NCBI RefSeq assembly: GCF_000002075.1
Contig: NW_004797322.1
Span: 1,848,008-1,912,007, forward strand
Direction of reading: 5' to 3'
From: Aplysia californica
Taxonomy: Eukaryota
DNA: 64,000 nucleotides
A program made the translations under genes and the position numbers. Under the pieces are notes generated by a model. That model was not told where the DNA came from. It saw only the letters and a program-made list of their open reading frames with translations, and searched no databases. Shown in pieces: positions 37,304 to 49,653 of the stretch; within the stretch, counting starts at the first letter, position 1, and every line of letters begins with the position of its first letter.

Positions 37304-38289
37304 TTAACATGTTAATATCCCCCCTTTGGGAATGACCTAAAGACATTTCAGTCAGTAGCACTGCCTGGGATATGGGNNNNNNNNNNNNNNNNNNNNNNNN
37401 NNNNNNNNNNNNNNNNNNNNNNNNNNNNNNNNNNNNNNNNNNNNNNNNNNNNNNNNNNNNNNNNNNNNNNNNNNNNGGGCATTTCAGATGTTTGAAGATC
37501 CCAAGCTACTCTCTCCTGGGCAGCAAGCGGTGGCGGTCCACTTAAAGTAGGTCTGCATCTTGGAGACATTTACAATGTTCTCCGTAGATGTGCCGAAAAT
37601 AAGTACACATTTGGGCCAACTGATGACGACAGAGGAGTGGTTAGAGAATTCATTGCATTTTTAAGACTTCTGAAGGTGATCCTGATGCTGAGCAGGTGAG
37701 GGTGAATTTATGATGGGCTTTTTTTACACAACTCATGGGCGCTCAATTAGTCATAGACAACATAGAATTAAGGGTAAGATAACGCCTCATCATTACATTA
37801 TTACACAGTGCATTCTCATGTACCAAAATTTCTTAACAGAGTTAGGTTTTTTATTTTTGCATTTGTAACAGGCATTGATACTCCTTATTATTATAGTAGA
37901 GGGTTTTACGGCGCTCAAAACTACAAAAGGTCATATGAGCGCCAAGGGGTGGGTTCAACAGAGAAGACTTATTCTGCTCACCTCTCTAGCTTCAACAGCA
38001 CAAGGTCTGCTTCGACTATCAAGGCACCCCGGAAATAGCGGGTCACAAGAAAGTGACAAACATATAAAAGAAGTAGAGGAAAATGACAATTGTAAAGATC
38101 AGGAAAGAAAAAGCAGCAGTTCCCTGTTGTAGATCAGGCACAGTTATGAGCGTGACACGAATCAGCCCATTTACAATTCTACTGTGCTTGAAGGAGAAAT
38201 GTCCTCCCTTTGGGAATGGCCTAAAGACACTACAGTCAGTGGCACTGCCCTGGGAAGATTTGATACTCCCTTAGGGGCAGGGAAGACAA

Positions 38290-39260
38290 AATGCAAAAAC
38301 AGAAGCAGTATACAACAAATGATTTTTCCCTTCGAGTGTTCACCTTTAGGTACTCTTTAAAGCATGGTGGAGTCATCTCATTCACATTATGACAGAGCAG
38401 CAGCCCAAAATATTCTTGAATGATCAATTTCTGCATTGTCTCCCAAAAGTTCCAAGTCACAATTGCAGACAGTGTACCTCGAAATTGTATTTGGAACCAC
38501 CATTTAAAAGTAAATGTGCAGAAAGTAAAAGACCTGCTGTGAGGATCGACCTATTTAGCATGGAGTTCAACCAAAACATTTTTGCATTCTTACAGCCAGA
38601 AAAAAAACAATGTGACATTTGAGTACCAAACAGCATGGGCAGTTCACAAAGACACAGCGAGGCAAGACAAAGAAATTAACAAAAAGATAGCCTTGGAAAC
38701 CCAAACAAAGGAACTATTAGATAGAGTGAGCATTGTCAGCATGGATCTTCAATGTCTCCTGTTGAGTCCCATGCCCAAAGCCTCCTCTCTGTACAACCGA
38801 AAAAGTTAGCTAAGCACAACTTTAGTGTCTACAACATGGTAACCCGGGGCATGAAATGTTATGTCTGGGATGAAGGAGAAGTTTACTGACTTCTGATGAA
38901 TTTTCATCTTGCATAATAGACTACATTCGTTCCCTTGCCAAGACAGGCAGAATAATACTGTACAATGATGGATGCCTTTAACAAATTAAAAATGACATAC
39001 TAGCCAGTGTCATTTCAGCTTTAGCTCAAGAGCTCAACATAACAGTCGAACAAAAACACTTCACTCAGGGACACACCTAAATGGAGGTCGATGTGGTTCA
39101 TAGCATCATTGAGCGATCCCTCAGAAACACTTTTATACACTTACCTTCCAACTTTGTTAATGTCTTCAGACTGGCATATCAAAGCCATCAAGTAAGATAC
39201 CTAGACCACACTTTCTTCCGCAAATAACCATCAGTAGGAAAATATTCGATCATTCGTAGA
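38290..39260 (+). pseudogene. Sola1-type DNA transposase remnant
   Basis: SHNCRQCTSKLYL, PEKKQCD, MDLQCLLLSP, CYVWDEGE, IILYNDGC and GHT*MEVDVVHSIIE across broken frames. Confidence 0.75.
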
Positions 39261-39287
39261 AAAGTCGGGACGCAAAAGTGGGTGACA

Positions 39288-39716
39288 TACCAACGCTCCA
39301 CTATTGTACAGCAGACAAGAAAAGTGCCTCGACATTTTCCATCTCAGATGCTGCGGCAAGATCTTAGGCATTTCGTTGCGTGACAAGGTTACAAATGTAG
39401 AAGTGTTGGCCCCGGCAAACTTCCAGAGCATGACAACTATCCTGTATTTAAAAAGATTGAGATAGCTGGGCTATGTCAAGAGAATGGATGACAACCGGAT
39501 TCCGAAGCAACTTCTCTATGGAGAACTTGCCCAGGGAAAGAGACCAAGAGGAAGACCAAAATTGAGGTACAAAGACAACTGCAAAAACAGCTTATCTGCA
39601 CTGCGACAGAATCTGCGCTTCAAATATAGGAAAAATTAGCCATGAAAGAAGATGCATGAAGACAACCTTGAGACCATGTTAAGCTAAACTGACGGTCTGC
39701 ATAGACGAAAAGAGCC
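39288..39716 (+). mobile_element. RTE (BovB-like) LINE 3' fragment
   Basis: FHLRCCGKILGI..DKVTNVEVL..GYVKRMDDNRIPKQLLYGELAQGKRPRGRPKLRYKD. Confidence 0.85.
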
Positions 39717-40907
39717 ATATATATATATTATTCCTTACAAGGGGACATTAAACACAAGCTTTCTTTCTATAATTACTTGCAAGACATGCCCAAACCACAC
39801 AACCACATGTTATCAAGCACTACTGCTCCTGCACTACACTTGCAAAGAAGACTTAACACAAGTACAAAATACCAATATTTACTGAAGTCGAAAAGAGTAA
39901 TTGCGGCTCAGACCCATGTCTTTCATGACATCTTAGAGCATGATGCGGAGGAGTTAACTTTTGGGCATTTAAAGTTATGGCATCATCTCAAAGCTTGTTT
40001 ATTTGTCTTGTTTTTGGAGGGAAAAGTACCCATATAACTAGAACACAAGTTGAGATATTTGCAAAAGAAGGAGGTTAGGGTCTTTGACTCACTTGTCAAA
40101 AGACGGGGTACCCACCGCGCAGACACCTTATTAATGTTAAGATGGTTATGGAGAATCATTTCAATTGACCCTACACTGATTCCCGCTTCACTTGAATTTT
40201 CTTACCCAGTATGTCAAGGTATTATAACGAGGACATTTGTCACCATAAACTTAGACTACTTCCTGAAAATGTCTGAAGGGGATTTTCCTTGCAAGTGTAA
40301 AACTTGATATCTGAGGGATATTCAACAGGCTCCATGGCACAGCTTCAGAAAAGAAAAACCAAACGTTTTTGTGCATGGTTTCATTGAACACGCTGACTAG
40401 TGCTTTATTATTGTTGGATTTTCCCAAAAATTAGCATGGTGTGTTCCAAAGAATTTGTCTAAAGGCTGGCGAAATTTCATTACTCTACCGTGATTCTTTC
40501 ATACCCAGACCAAAGACTTATTTAACCCCCCTCGTACTAAGGGGATCACAAAAAATACCTAGCCAGTTATCTCACTGCAAAAACATCTTTTCACGAGATG
40601 ACATATTATTATATCACCCTAAAGATAATGCCTTTACCTTCTTTTTGTATCAGTTTCGAAGTGTATGTATAAACGTGAAAAGAATGAAACAATTTTTTCT
40701 CCCATCTGAAAAATTTTGCTGGGACATTTTATTATCTGGCCAACGATAAGCATAATATCTTGTCATGGACTCTGAGGAAAGGAATAACTATGGGAGCAGA
40801 AAGACCACCACCACGTCACCTTTCCATTACAATATTGACGCCCATTCATGGCAATGATGACAGCCTAAAATAACATTAAAAAGCCAAAGAAAAAAATTCC
40901 AACTCAC

Positions 40908-41067
40908 CCTCTCCAGCATGCCCACCATGTAGCGAGTGTCATTGAAAGCCCCAATCTCCTCATGACAGCGCCCATACACTATGGCCATTGCTTGTAAACA
41001 CATACACTTCATGTTGACCTTTGGGGTCAGCAAGAACCGGTGGTACAGGTCATTGAAAAACTCATAG
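40908..41067 (-). CDS. DNAJC13: DNAJC13 exon ([16 protein letters not shown]...YMVGMLER)
   Basis: ORF 40827-41078; CAG/GTGAG; 160 bp. Confidence 0.95.
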
Positions 41068-41460
41068 CTGAAACACATGAAAAAGACAAAAATTAGTCAA
41101 GAGAAAGTGATGATATGATTTATAATCTAGCAGAATATTGTCACATCACTCATAGTTATTCATTCCATGTGCCAATAAAGAGTTTAAGCCATGGTTTTTA
41201 GTCTTATATCCTTTCCAATTGAAGGTTCACATGATTTTACAGTATCTTTTCTCTTTGCATGCCTATCCACTTAAATCATCATCAGACTCCAGGGCCAAAA
41301 GTACAGTGGGTACAATTACTTAAAACTAGAACAGAAAAAAGTAAAAAAGGGAAATGACAAATTGGCTTAAGTTTTAAAGAATGACATTCCAGTCTAAAAG
41401 ACAGATTGGCATCACATCAGTACACTTTTGCACAGATGTTAAAATGCCCTCATCACTTAC

Positions 41461-41536
41461 GACTTCTTTATGGCACTTGTTTCCTCTGTGGCCTCATCAT
41501 CATCTTCCTCAAGCAGTAATCTCAGGTAGTAGTCCC
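41461..41536 (-). CDS. DNAJC13: DNAJC13 exon (GDYYLRLLLEEDDDEATEETSAIKKS)
   Basis: Hand translation; CAG/GTAAG; 76 bp. Confidence 0.93.
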
Positions 41537-43059
41537 CTGGTGATGCATTGTCATTGATTTTTATACTGGTCACAAATCAGTAAAATACAATAGTAAAATA
41601 CGGAATAACCCACATAAAATAATGGCGTTCTAAGGGAATGCTCACCTTGAAAGGTGCACAACACAAAAAGGTTAAGGTGCAGAAATACAGCTTCCTATCA
41701 TCTGCACAGACATGTATCAAGGCGCAGTGGAATCAGGCGTTCGCCATTTTTGGGGCATAAGGAGTATTTGGTATCATCTTTAATCTTTTTTATTTGTCTT
41801 GCTTTTGATTTAAATAATTATCCATCTATATTTAATAGAAGTTGAGATATTTGCGAATGAAGGAGAGGGGTGGGGGGGTGGGGGGGTGTGTGTGTCACTT
41901 GTTTCCCGAGGTAAAATTTGCGAGAAAATGGCTGCCAAAGTCATGTAACTTCTATAGCTTGAAAGTCCTTGAAAATTGAAAATTTACGTATTTTGTGCCA
42001 TAAATCAAGGTTTTCCAGTAAAATTCATATGGAAATGTAGTTCAATATGGAAGGTGTTGAGCCAAAAAATGAAAATTCTACAGAAAATGGTTTACTGGAG
42101 GAAAAAAAGCTTGTTTCTTCGATTTCATTATTTTGACGAGCACCTGATTTCACCATGATGCCTCACATATGCCTTTTTAAGAGTACCTCGATCAATGATA
42201 TATGTTGTTCATGTTCCAAGAGCTCGATAATATTTGTGTGAGGCTCTGAGATAACCCGTCCGATGGTGCAGAATTTTATTTTGAGATATCGGCGAAAATA
42301 GGCCCTGGACTTCATTTTTATAGAAAACGAGATTATTTGAAACTAAGAAAGATAAATCGTTCTTACATAAAATGTTTCAAGGAGAATCCGTTTTAAAATT
42401 GTTAAAGAATTATTTTTTAAGACATATCGTCGCCGAATTATGCCAAATTCCTAGACAAACTCAATCGGATGGACACTTTCTTTTCACAGGAATCCCAACA
42501 TATTATAAACCAAAAGAAAGAGAATTTTATTGCCGTTTCGGGAAAACCAAGTGCAAATGAATTTCAAAACATCACAAATAGTTACAAGAGTTGCGCATCT
42601 TCTAGATTCACTTCTGAAAAGGTTATGAGTGCCATTTAACCTTCTTCTGTTCCATTTCCTGCCTTTCAAACCAAATGTGAACTGTTCCTCATTGAATTTA
42701 AGTTCTTTGTTCTGCTCTGCAAAGTATTTTTTTTGTTTTGTTTACAGTAAGTAAACTGCAAGTTTTTTGTTTCCAAGTAATTGAGCACTATTGTTTACTT
42801 AATTTTAAATTGTTCCCAAAGTAAACAAAACTTAAAAACCAGTTTTCTCAAAACTTCACCTTCGGACCCTTTGAATTTTAAAATGCCATAACTTGTCACA
42901 GAATGCTCGATTGCACTCAAATAAAGTGCAAAATGCTCTGGTAAGATGCGCCTTTCAAAACGACATGCAAAAAAGTCACTTTTGAAAATTTGCACCATGT
43001 GAAGGGTCTTCTCAGAGCCACACACATTTGTCAAAACACTTTTTTAATATTCTTTATTT

Positions 43060-43290
43060 TCCTCCACGTTTGTCTAAACAAATCATAATTTAGCATTGTC
43101 GACATCAGAATGTCTAACGAAATAACCAGACAAGTTACAATGTCCGTTCTTTATTATGTCTCAGTAGCAGAAATTTATAAATACTAAGGGTGCATTAAAT
43201 GATAATTACCGTAAGTACAACAATACACCTAAAATTTTAAGTTGAAAAGTACCATGAAGTTAGCCTGGCCATAGCGGCAACAGGAAGCTG
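43060..43290 (+). repeat. Unclassified dispersed repeat, also at ~63410-63640
   Basis: Shared AATTTAGCATTG.CGAC.TCAG...CTAACGAAATAACCAGACAAGTTACAATGTC. Confidence 0.7.
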
Positions 43291-43349
43291 ATCCCCCAGG
43301 ACCCTAACGTGATTAGGTGCTTTGGGGGGGGGGGGGGGGGGGGGGCTCT

Positions 43350-43830
43350 TCTCACTCAACAGAATAACCAGAATAAACAAAAAACAAAGACAGTCACAGT
43401 TTGTTAGCCAGAGTAAAAAGAAGCACATCGAAACAACGACAGACAAATAAAGAAACAACAGTGGAAAAGAACAAAAGAACCTGCAAATTCACCCTCCAAC
43501 CATGAGCGAACAACCACAAGGAACAAGAGAGAACAGCCAATAGGAACAAGAAACCATGAGAAAAACAAAACAGAAATAATGTACAAGGGAGAACAGAAAC
43601 AACAAGCAAGGGGAAAATGCCTAAAGAAGAAAGAGAAAACAACGGCAAGAAACAAGGAAACAAAAGCAATAATTGAGAAAGAACAGTCATAAGAAACAAG
43701 AAAGAACGGTCATAATAAATAAGAGAGAACAGCCACAATAAACAAAAGTAAACAGAAATAATAGAGAAATAATAGCCACAAAGAAACAAGAGAAAACAGC
43801 CAAAATAAACAGAAACTATTACCAATACAT
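43350..43830. repeat. A-rich degenerate low-complexity tract (AAC/AAG units)
   Basis: Strongly T-depleted + strand. Confidence 0.8.
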
Positions 43831-44378
43831 GAGAGAGAGCAGTTACATTTCATACACATTCCAAAAAAAGGTATTAAGTAATAAGTGTAATATACCAATA
43901 ATGTTTTGAACTGAAATACTTGGGACATCTCATTTCAACCCAGTACAACATTCACCTTATGAAAATTACAAAAGACTGTTGCTAAATCAAGTCATACCAC
44001 TTTTTAAAAATCTACTTTTCACTCATAAAAGCTTGTTCTCCAACAACTTTCAACAGCTAAAGGGTCACCAAACAAACACCAATGTCCCTCTATGTGTGTA
44101 AAGGAACCCTGAATTCTGTCAAACCACATTTGTATATTAACTATGAAAACTTAGTACTTAAAAACCACCTACCTTTGGAAATGGTCCTGAAACCCATAAC
44201 CAAGAAGTCCAACCATGAAAAGTGGCTTGTAAAGCAAACATTTTACAGCTAGATTAAATACAGCCCCTCCCCACTCGCAAATCGGTCATATTATACAATC
44301 TGTAGAAAAGAAAAAAAAGGAGAGGCAAATACTAAGGAAAAAATAATATATTTTAAATAATAACAGAAAAGGCCATAC

Positions 44379-44559
44379 CAATTTTGATCTCATCTGCAAG
44401 GCAATGGTAGGGCACCTCAAACTCTGTGTGGTTCCAACCAACAATGAAAGTGGCCCCAAGCTCTTTGTCCACATTGAAAGCCCTCATCTCATTCTCTAAG
44501 CTCTCTCTCAACTCCTCTCGGGTCTTGTAGTTCCAGATCAGATTCGGTTTTGCGTGATC
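44379..44559 (-). CDS. DNAJC13: DNAJC13 exon ([17 protein letters not shown]...LADEIKIG; IWN repeat)
   Basis: ORF 44353-44670; CAG/GTATG; 181 bp. Confidence 0.95.
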
Positions 44560-45411
44560 CTGACAAAAGTGGAATGTTTTGAAATTATTTTTCAAAACTT
44601 TAAAAATAATTGAATGATTGGGAGGGGGACCTTCAATCCAACTTGGCAAGGATACTGGGTGCAGCAACAAATGACCACTTTATATTGGCCTTTAAGTTGG
44701 GAGCAAAATTTTGAAATTTACAGGGCTGTATCCCTCAAATGTCTAATTTCAGGTAGATTCAGGGTCAGTTTCAGGTATTTTGGCCAAAAATCAGATATAG
44801 CCTGTTCATTTTTGTCTGACCACAATTAACGCAAGATAAAATCAAATCGTTCTATTTAATTAATCTTCTCAGATTTTTGGAAACAGGTCTTAAAGTTGGA
44901 TGAATAACAGAAACTAATAGCAAATTCGTAAAGGTTTCTACAAACTAAGGTTCGAACACGTTTCCTGCTAGCCCAAAAGAGAGAAAAATAATAGGCAACC
45001 TACAGCTTACACCAAACATTAGTCTTAGATATTTACAAAGTTGACCTATTTTAAGAAACCGAGATTTTAACGTATGTATGTGTAAGAAATACATCTTGTC
45101 CTAAGGACGAGTGAGCACTTTTCAAGATGAGTGGCAGGTCTGTTTTTATCATGTTTCTGCACTATTATTCACAAGCTGTGTGTTTTGACTATCACTGTCA
45201 TCAGGCCAGTATCGGAGAATCTGCACGGTAACAAAAATAAAAGTAGGACTTCACATTCCTGATCAAAACTGCAAAACTAACACAACGAATGCCACTGACA
45301 AAAACTGAACTTACTGACTTTATCAGAACAAGAATTCAAACTATGGAAGACTTTCAGTTAAATATTTTCAACTTCAAAGAGTACACTTTAATCGATGAAA
45401 GAACCTCTCAC

Positions 45412-45507
45412 CTGATTGAACTGATAGTAGAAAAGGGGCCAATTGGCCTCACTTTTAACCCTCTGGCGTCTCTTCCTCAGCACTATGGGCTTCTCATTTT
45501 GCTGTTG
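45412..45507 (-). CDS. DNAJC13: DNAJC13 exon ([32 protein letters not shown])
   Basis: Hand translation; CAG/GTGAG; an alternative acceptor 6 nt downstream is possible. Confidence 0.92.
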
Positions 45508-46026
45508 CTGTTGAAAGTAAGAGGAAAGAGATGGGATGAGGTGTGTGTGTGTGGGGGGGGGGGGGGGAGCAGCTAATCAATTAAGTCAAAGATCACTTTT
45601 CAGCTTTAATTTCTTGCGTAGTTGCTGTGGAGTGGTGAACAAAAGTGAGTGAGCAAGATGTCATCCACAAGATTAGGACAACAGCAACACTGAAAAAGAC
45701 CAGAACCTCGACCAACCACCCACTGAGTTCAATTCTTTTATGAACAAATGGTAGACAAAATAACCGCCCCTAAAATACAAAAAGAAATAAATCTAAAACA
45801 TATATTTATGTTTAACTCCTTATCTCCAACAAGCCTCTTCAAGCAGCTCGAAGTCGGAACAGCTGTGCCGGTGAGCCGCTGTTAGTGGTTCGGGCACATT
45901 CCTTTATGACTTCCTACATCAAATTACTTTAGCCAAAAACAGGTCTCTTTTATCTGGAGTTCATTAATTAGATGAAGAATTATCAGAATAGAGTCACTTG
46001 TTTTGATTTAATGAACAATTTAGTGA

Positions 46027-46530
46027 CATCATCATCATCATCCAGTGCCAGATCGGCGATCATGGTTCTCCATTCGTTCCTTTGCTCGGATGCTCTCAAA
46101 AAAGCTACGTTTCTCTGATCTTTCCCTGTTACCCATTTGTTTAGGTTCCCTAAGTATGTTGTTCTGGCCTTCCCCTGCCTCGCTTACCCTCAACTTTGCC
46201 AGGGAGAGCTAGATGTTCAAGACCCTTACGTCTATGCGTCCCAAAAACTGCATTTGTCGTTTCCTGATCGTTTTTAACATTGAGCGTCCCACCTGGGCTT
46301 CATCAAGCACTACCTCATTTGATTTCTTTTCCTTCCACGATACTTTTAGCAGTCTCCTAGGAAACCACATTTCTGTAGCTTCTATTTTATTTTCACCGTC
46401 TTTAGTGATTGTCCAGCATTCACAGCCATACAGAAGGGTTGACGAAACATAGCATTTCAGAACTTTCATGTTAGTATTCATTGAGATGTTTCCATTTTTC
46501 AGGATTGGGCTCATTTTATTGAAATTAGCC
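46027..46530 (-). mobile_element. RTE LINE 3' end with (GAT)n tail
   Basis: ORF 46209-46514: KVLKCYVSSTLLYGCECWT..EATEMWF.RRLLKVSW. Confidence 0.85.
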
Positions 46531-46791
46531 TTAGTGACATATATGTCATTTTAGATTTCATACCAAAAGCTGCAAAGTTGGTTTTGCCCCTCGGAAGGAG
46601 TTATAGCAATATGAACTTTATGTCATGGTCACATACAAAGAGGTAAACAGGTTTTTGTGGAGCAAAATACAAAATATCTATCCATTTCCTCTGTTTTTCT
46701 AAAGTCTTCAAATCTTCCTCAAAGCTGGATTCAAATCACAAATGCTCTTCTCTCTCAAAAGAAATATTGTTCTCTCAAAGTTAACACCAAC

Positions 46792-46899
46792 CTTGCTTTT
46801 ATCAAGCCCTACGCGAGACCTCCAGTGCTGCAGCAGGTTATCAATCTTTTTCTCCAACATCAGTAACTGTTGGTTGCGCTTGTTCTTGTTGAAGTGGTC
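46792..46899 (-). CDS. DNAJC13: DNAJC13 exon (DHFNKNKRNQQLLMLEKKIDNLLQHWRSRVGLDKSK)
   Basis: Hand translation; HWRxRxG motif; CAG/GTTGG; 108 bp. Confidence 0.88.
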
Positions 46900-48402
46900 C
46901 TGTAATCAGAGGTCAGGAGAAATGTAGACATATGTGAAGCAGCGTGATGAAATCAGGCGCTCGTCAAAATACAGAAATTGGAGAAACAGACGTTTTTCCG
47001 TCAGTTTGGGAATTTTTATCAAATTGTTATTTTTTGGCTCAGCCTCTTTTATGTCCATATAAAAACACATTTCCATGTGAATTTTGCTGAAAAACATTAA
47101 CTAAAGGCTTAAAATATGTCATTTTTCTGTTTGCAAGGACTCTTTAGCTATTGGAGTTATCCAACTTTGGCAGCCATTTTTTGTTAATTTCACCAGGTGA
47201 CCTCACTTCCTTCAATCGCAAATATTTTGAGTTCTATTCATGATAGATGAATATTTATTTCATTGGAAGCAAGGCCAATATATCAGTTTTCAGATGAAAC
47301 CAATAGCTCCACAAGCCCAAAAATTGCCGAACGCCTGATTCCATCGTATCGAGACACATATGTAAATGGAAAAAAAAGACTCTAACAGAGAACAGCAAAA
47401 TAATAAAAAAACAGGATAAGCCTTGTTTAAACTTATTCTGAAACAAACTAAATATAGCTATCAGAAAGACTTATAACTGAAAAATCTATTCAATTGTACA
47501 AAATCTATTCAATTGTACAAAAAAAAAACAATTTACGAAGAGTCTTGGTTAATTATTTTTTTGTACAATAGAGTAGATTTTTCAGTTATAAGAGATAAAA
47601 CACAGATATGTGTCATAACACTGTGGAATCAGGGGATCGTAGATTTTTGGGCATACGGAGTTAATGGTATCATCTTAAGCGTTACCATTTGTCTTGCTTT
47701 TGGTGAAAAAATTATCCACCTATCTTCACTAGAAGTTGAGATATTTTGGATTGAAAGAGGTGGGGGTCACCTGGTTTCAGAGAAAAAATGAAGACAGAAA
47801 ATGACCGCCAAAGTTTGATGACTTCCACAACTTAAGAGTCCTTCGAAACTGTAAATTTAATAATAAATAATAATTGCATTTATATAGCGCATATCCATGC
47901 TCAAGAGAATGCTCTATGCGCTTTACAACTATTATTACCCCAGCAGACCCTCTGAGAACACTCAGAAACATTCTCAGCTTCCGTGGAAGCATGCAGGAGC
48001 AATTTACATTTTTTGTACCTTTAATCAACGTTTTTCAGTAAAAGCCACACAGCAAATTGTTTTTAAATGGACATAAAACGTATTGAGTCAAAAAATGAAA
48101 CCACGAAAGTTTGACCAAAATTGCAGAACGAGACGAAAAATGCCATTTTCTTCCATTTCAATATTTTGACGAGCATCTAATTTTGCCACACTCCCTCACA
48201 TACTATATATGGATAAAGGACAGGTGAAAAAGAAACAAACTATTAAATTTACAGAATGACATTTACTCTTCAGTTGATCATAGGAATGCAAAGATCAGCA
48301 ACAGGGAAAGTGGAAAATTAATATAAAAAAAGGAATGAGTCCAATTACAGAAAGAAAGACTAGACACTGCTAAATCAGTACAAGACCAAATTTTGAGAGT
48401 AC

Positions 48403-48498
48403 CTGAGCTAACTTGACATTATCTCTGATGTGCAGTCGGTCAGTCTCAGACATAGGGACATCATCTGCTGAGTCCAGGTAGGTAAGAAGGCCACTAGG
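48403..48498 (-). CDS. DNAJC13: DNAJC13 exon ([32 protein letters not shown])
   Basis: Hand translation; CAG/GTACT; 96 bp. Confidence 0.93.
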
Positions 48499-48946
48499 CT
48501 GAAATACACCATGGGGGATGCACAACAAAGTGAAATCAGCTAGGAGACATAAATATCAGGTACTATTGTCCTGAAAACCATTGACCAGCGAAGCATCAAT
48601 AGAGCAATAGTTAAGGTAACAAAGGAAGTCACTTGCTCCATTCGGACGTATAATGTTCATCTATTGCACATTAGGCATGATGTAACTCGGCATGAAGGAA
48701 TCTTGGCATGGGAAAGAGATTTACACCATTACATGGTTCCGAATTTTGTAAAGTCTTTTTATTCCAATAATCATTATCGCAAAAGTCCGCAATGCTGTGG
48801 ATGGTGAAAACCCACCTTGAAATGTCACTGATGGATGGGCTTCTACTTATTGTAAGCTGAATTTTCTAGAAGCACGGAGATCGTTCGTAGAAGAAACCAA
48901 CCACCAGAATGTTAATAATAGATGCATGAACATTGCAAAATTTCAT

Positions 48947-49470
48947 GGGGGCTCTCGTGGCCTAGAGGTTAAAGTGTTGGCCTCTCATTCAGAGGTCCCG
49001 GGTTCGATTCCGGGTAGCGACCGAAAAATTTTCTTCTCTAAAATTGTCTCCTTTCACCTCCTTTCCTGCTCTCTAGAAATGTTCTGTTGTCTGCTTTCAT
49101 TTCCACTTTCTGCCCCCACCCCCTCACCTCCTTTGCCCCCTCCTCTGGGCTCCTCTTTCTGCAGCCTTTCTACTGCTACTCCTTGGCTCCTCCTTACTGC
49201 TGTCTTTCTGCCAACCCCTGATCTTCTGGTAGGAAAGATCTACACCTAGCCTTCTCGGACAAGGGCGAAAAATCTCAGAGGGCCCGTGTGCAAGTTGTGC
49301 ACGTTAAAGATCCCTTGGTGGTCTAAAATCGATAAGAGTAGGCTTCGGCTGCCACCCGGGCAAAATTCCAAATTTCCTACCAACTGTAAATATTAGGTGC
49401 GTCCCGCGCGCTCATATGACCTTATGCAGTTGCGAGCGCCGTAAAACACTTTACAAAAACAAAACAAACA
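48947..49470 (+). mobile_element. tRNA-derived SINE (full length) with a conserved central core and a retroposon-shared tail
   Basis: A box TGGCCTAGAGG; B box GGTTCGATTCC; CT-rich spacer; core GCACGTTAAAGATCCC; tail GCGAGCGCCGTAAAAC; near-TSD AAAATTT(C/A)AT. Confidence 0.9.
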
Positions 49471-49577
49471 AAAAATTTAATGTTTTTAGGTATAGAGATG
49501 ATTTGTCAACCTAGGATCCAATTTGACAATACTTCACAATGTGGATGAAATGTAAAACTTGATCATTCATAGCTTAC

Positions 49578-49653
49578 CAAGATTCTCTTCAGTAGACCCA
49601 TAGCTGTAGGGTGTCCAGTCACCCACAGGCCCACTAAGTGACGACTCAGTTGT
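49578..49653 (-). CDS. DNAJC13: DNAJC13 exon (QLSRHLVGLWVTGHPTAMGLLKRIL)
   Basis: Hand translation; TAG/GTAAG; 76 bp. Confidence 0.93.

Noticed and set aside
43237-43928. Hydrophobic membrane-protein-like ORFs
   Set aside because: Translation artefacts of a low-complexity intronic tract.
48947-49025. tRNA gene
   Set aside because: It is the head of a multi-copy SINE with core and tail, not a stand-alone tRNA.
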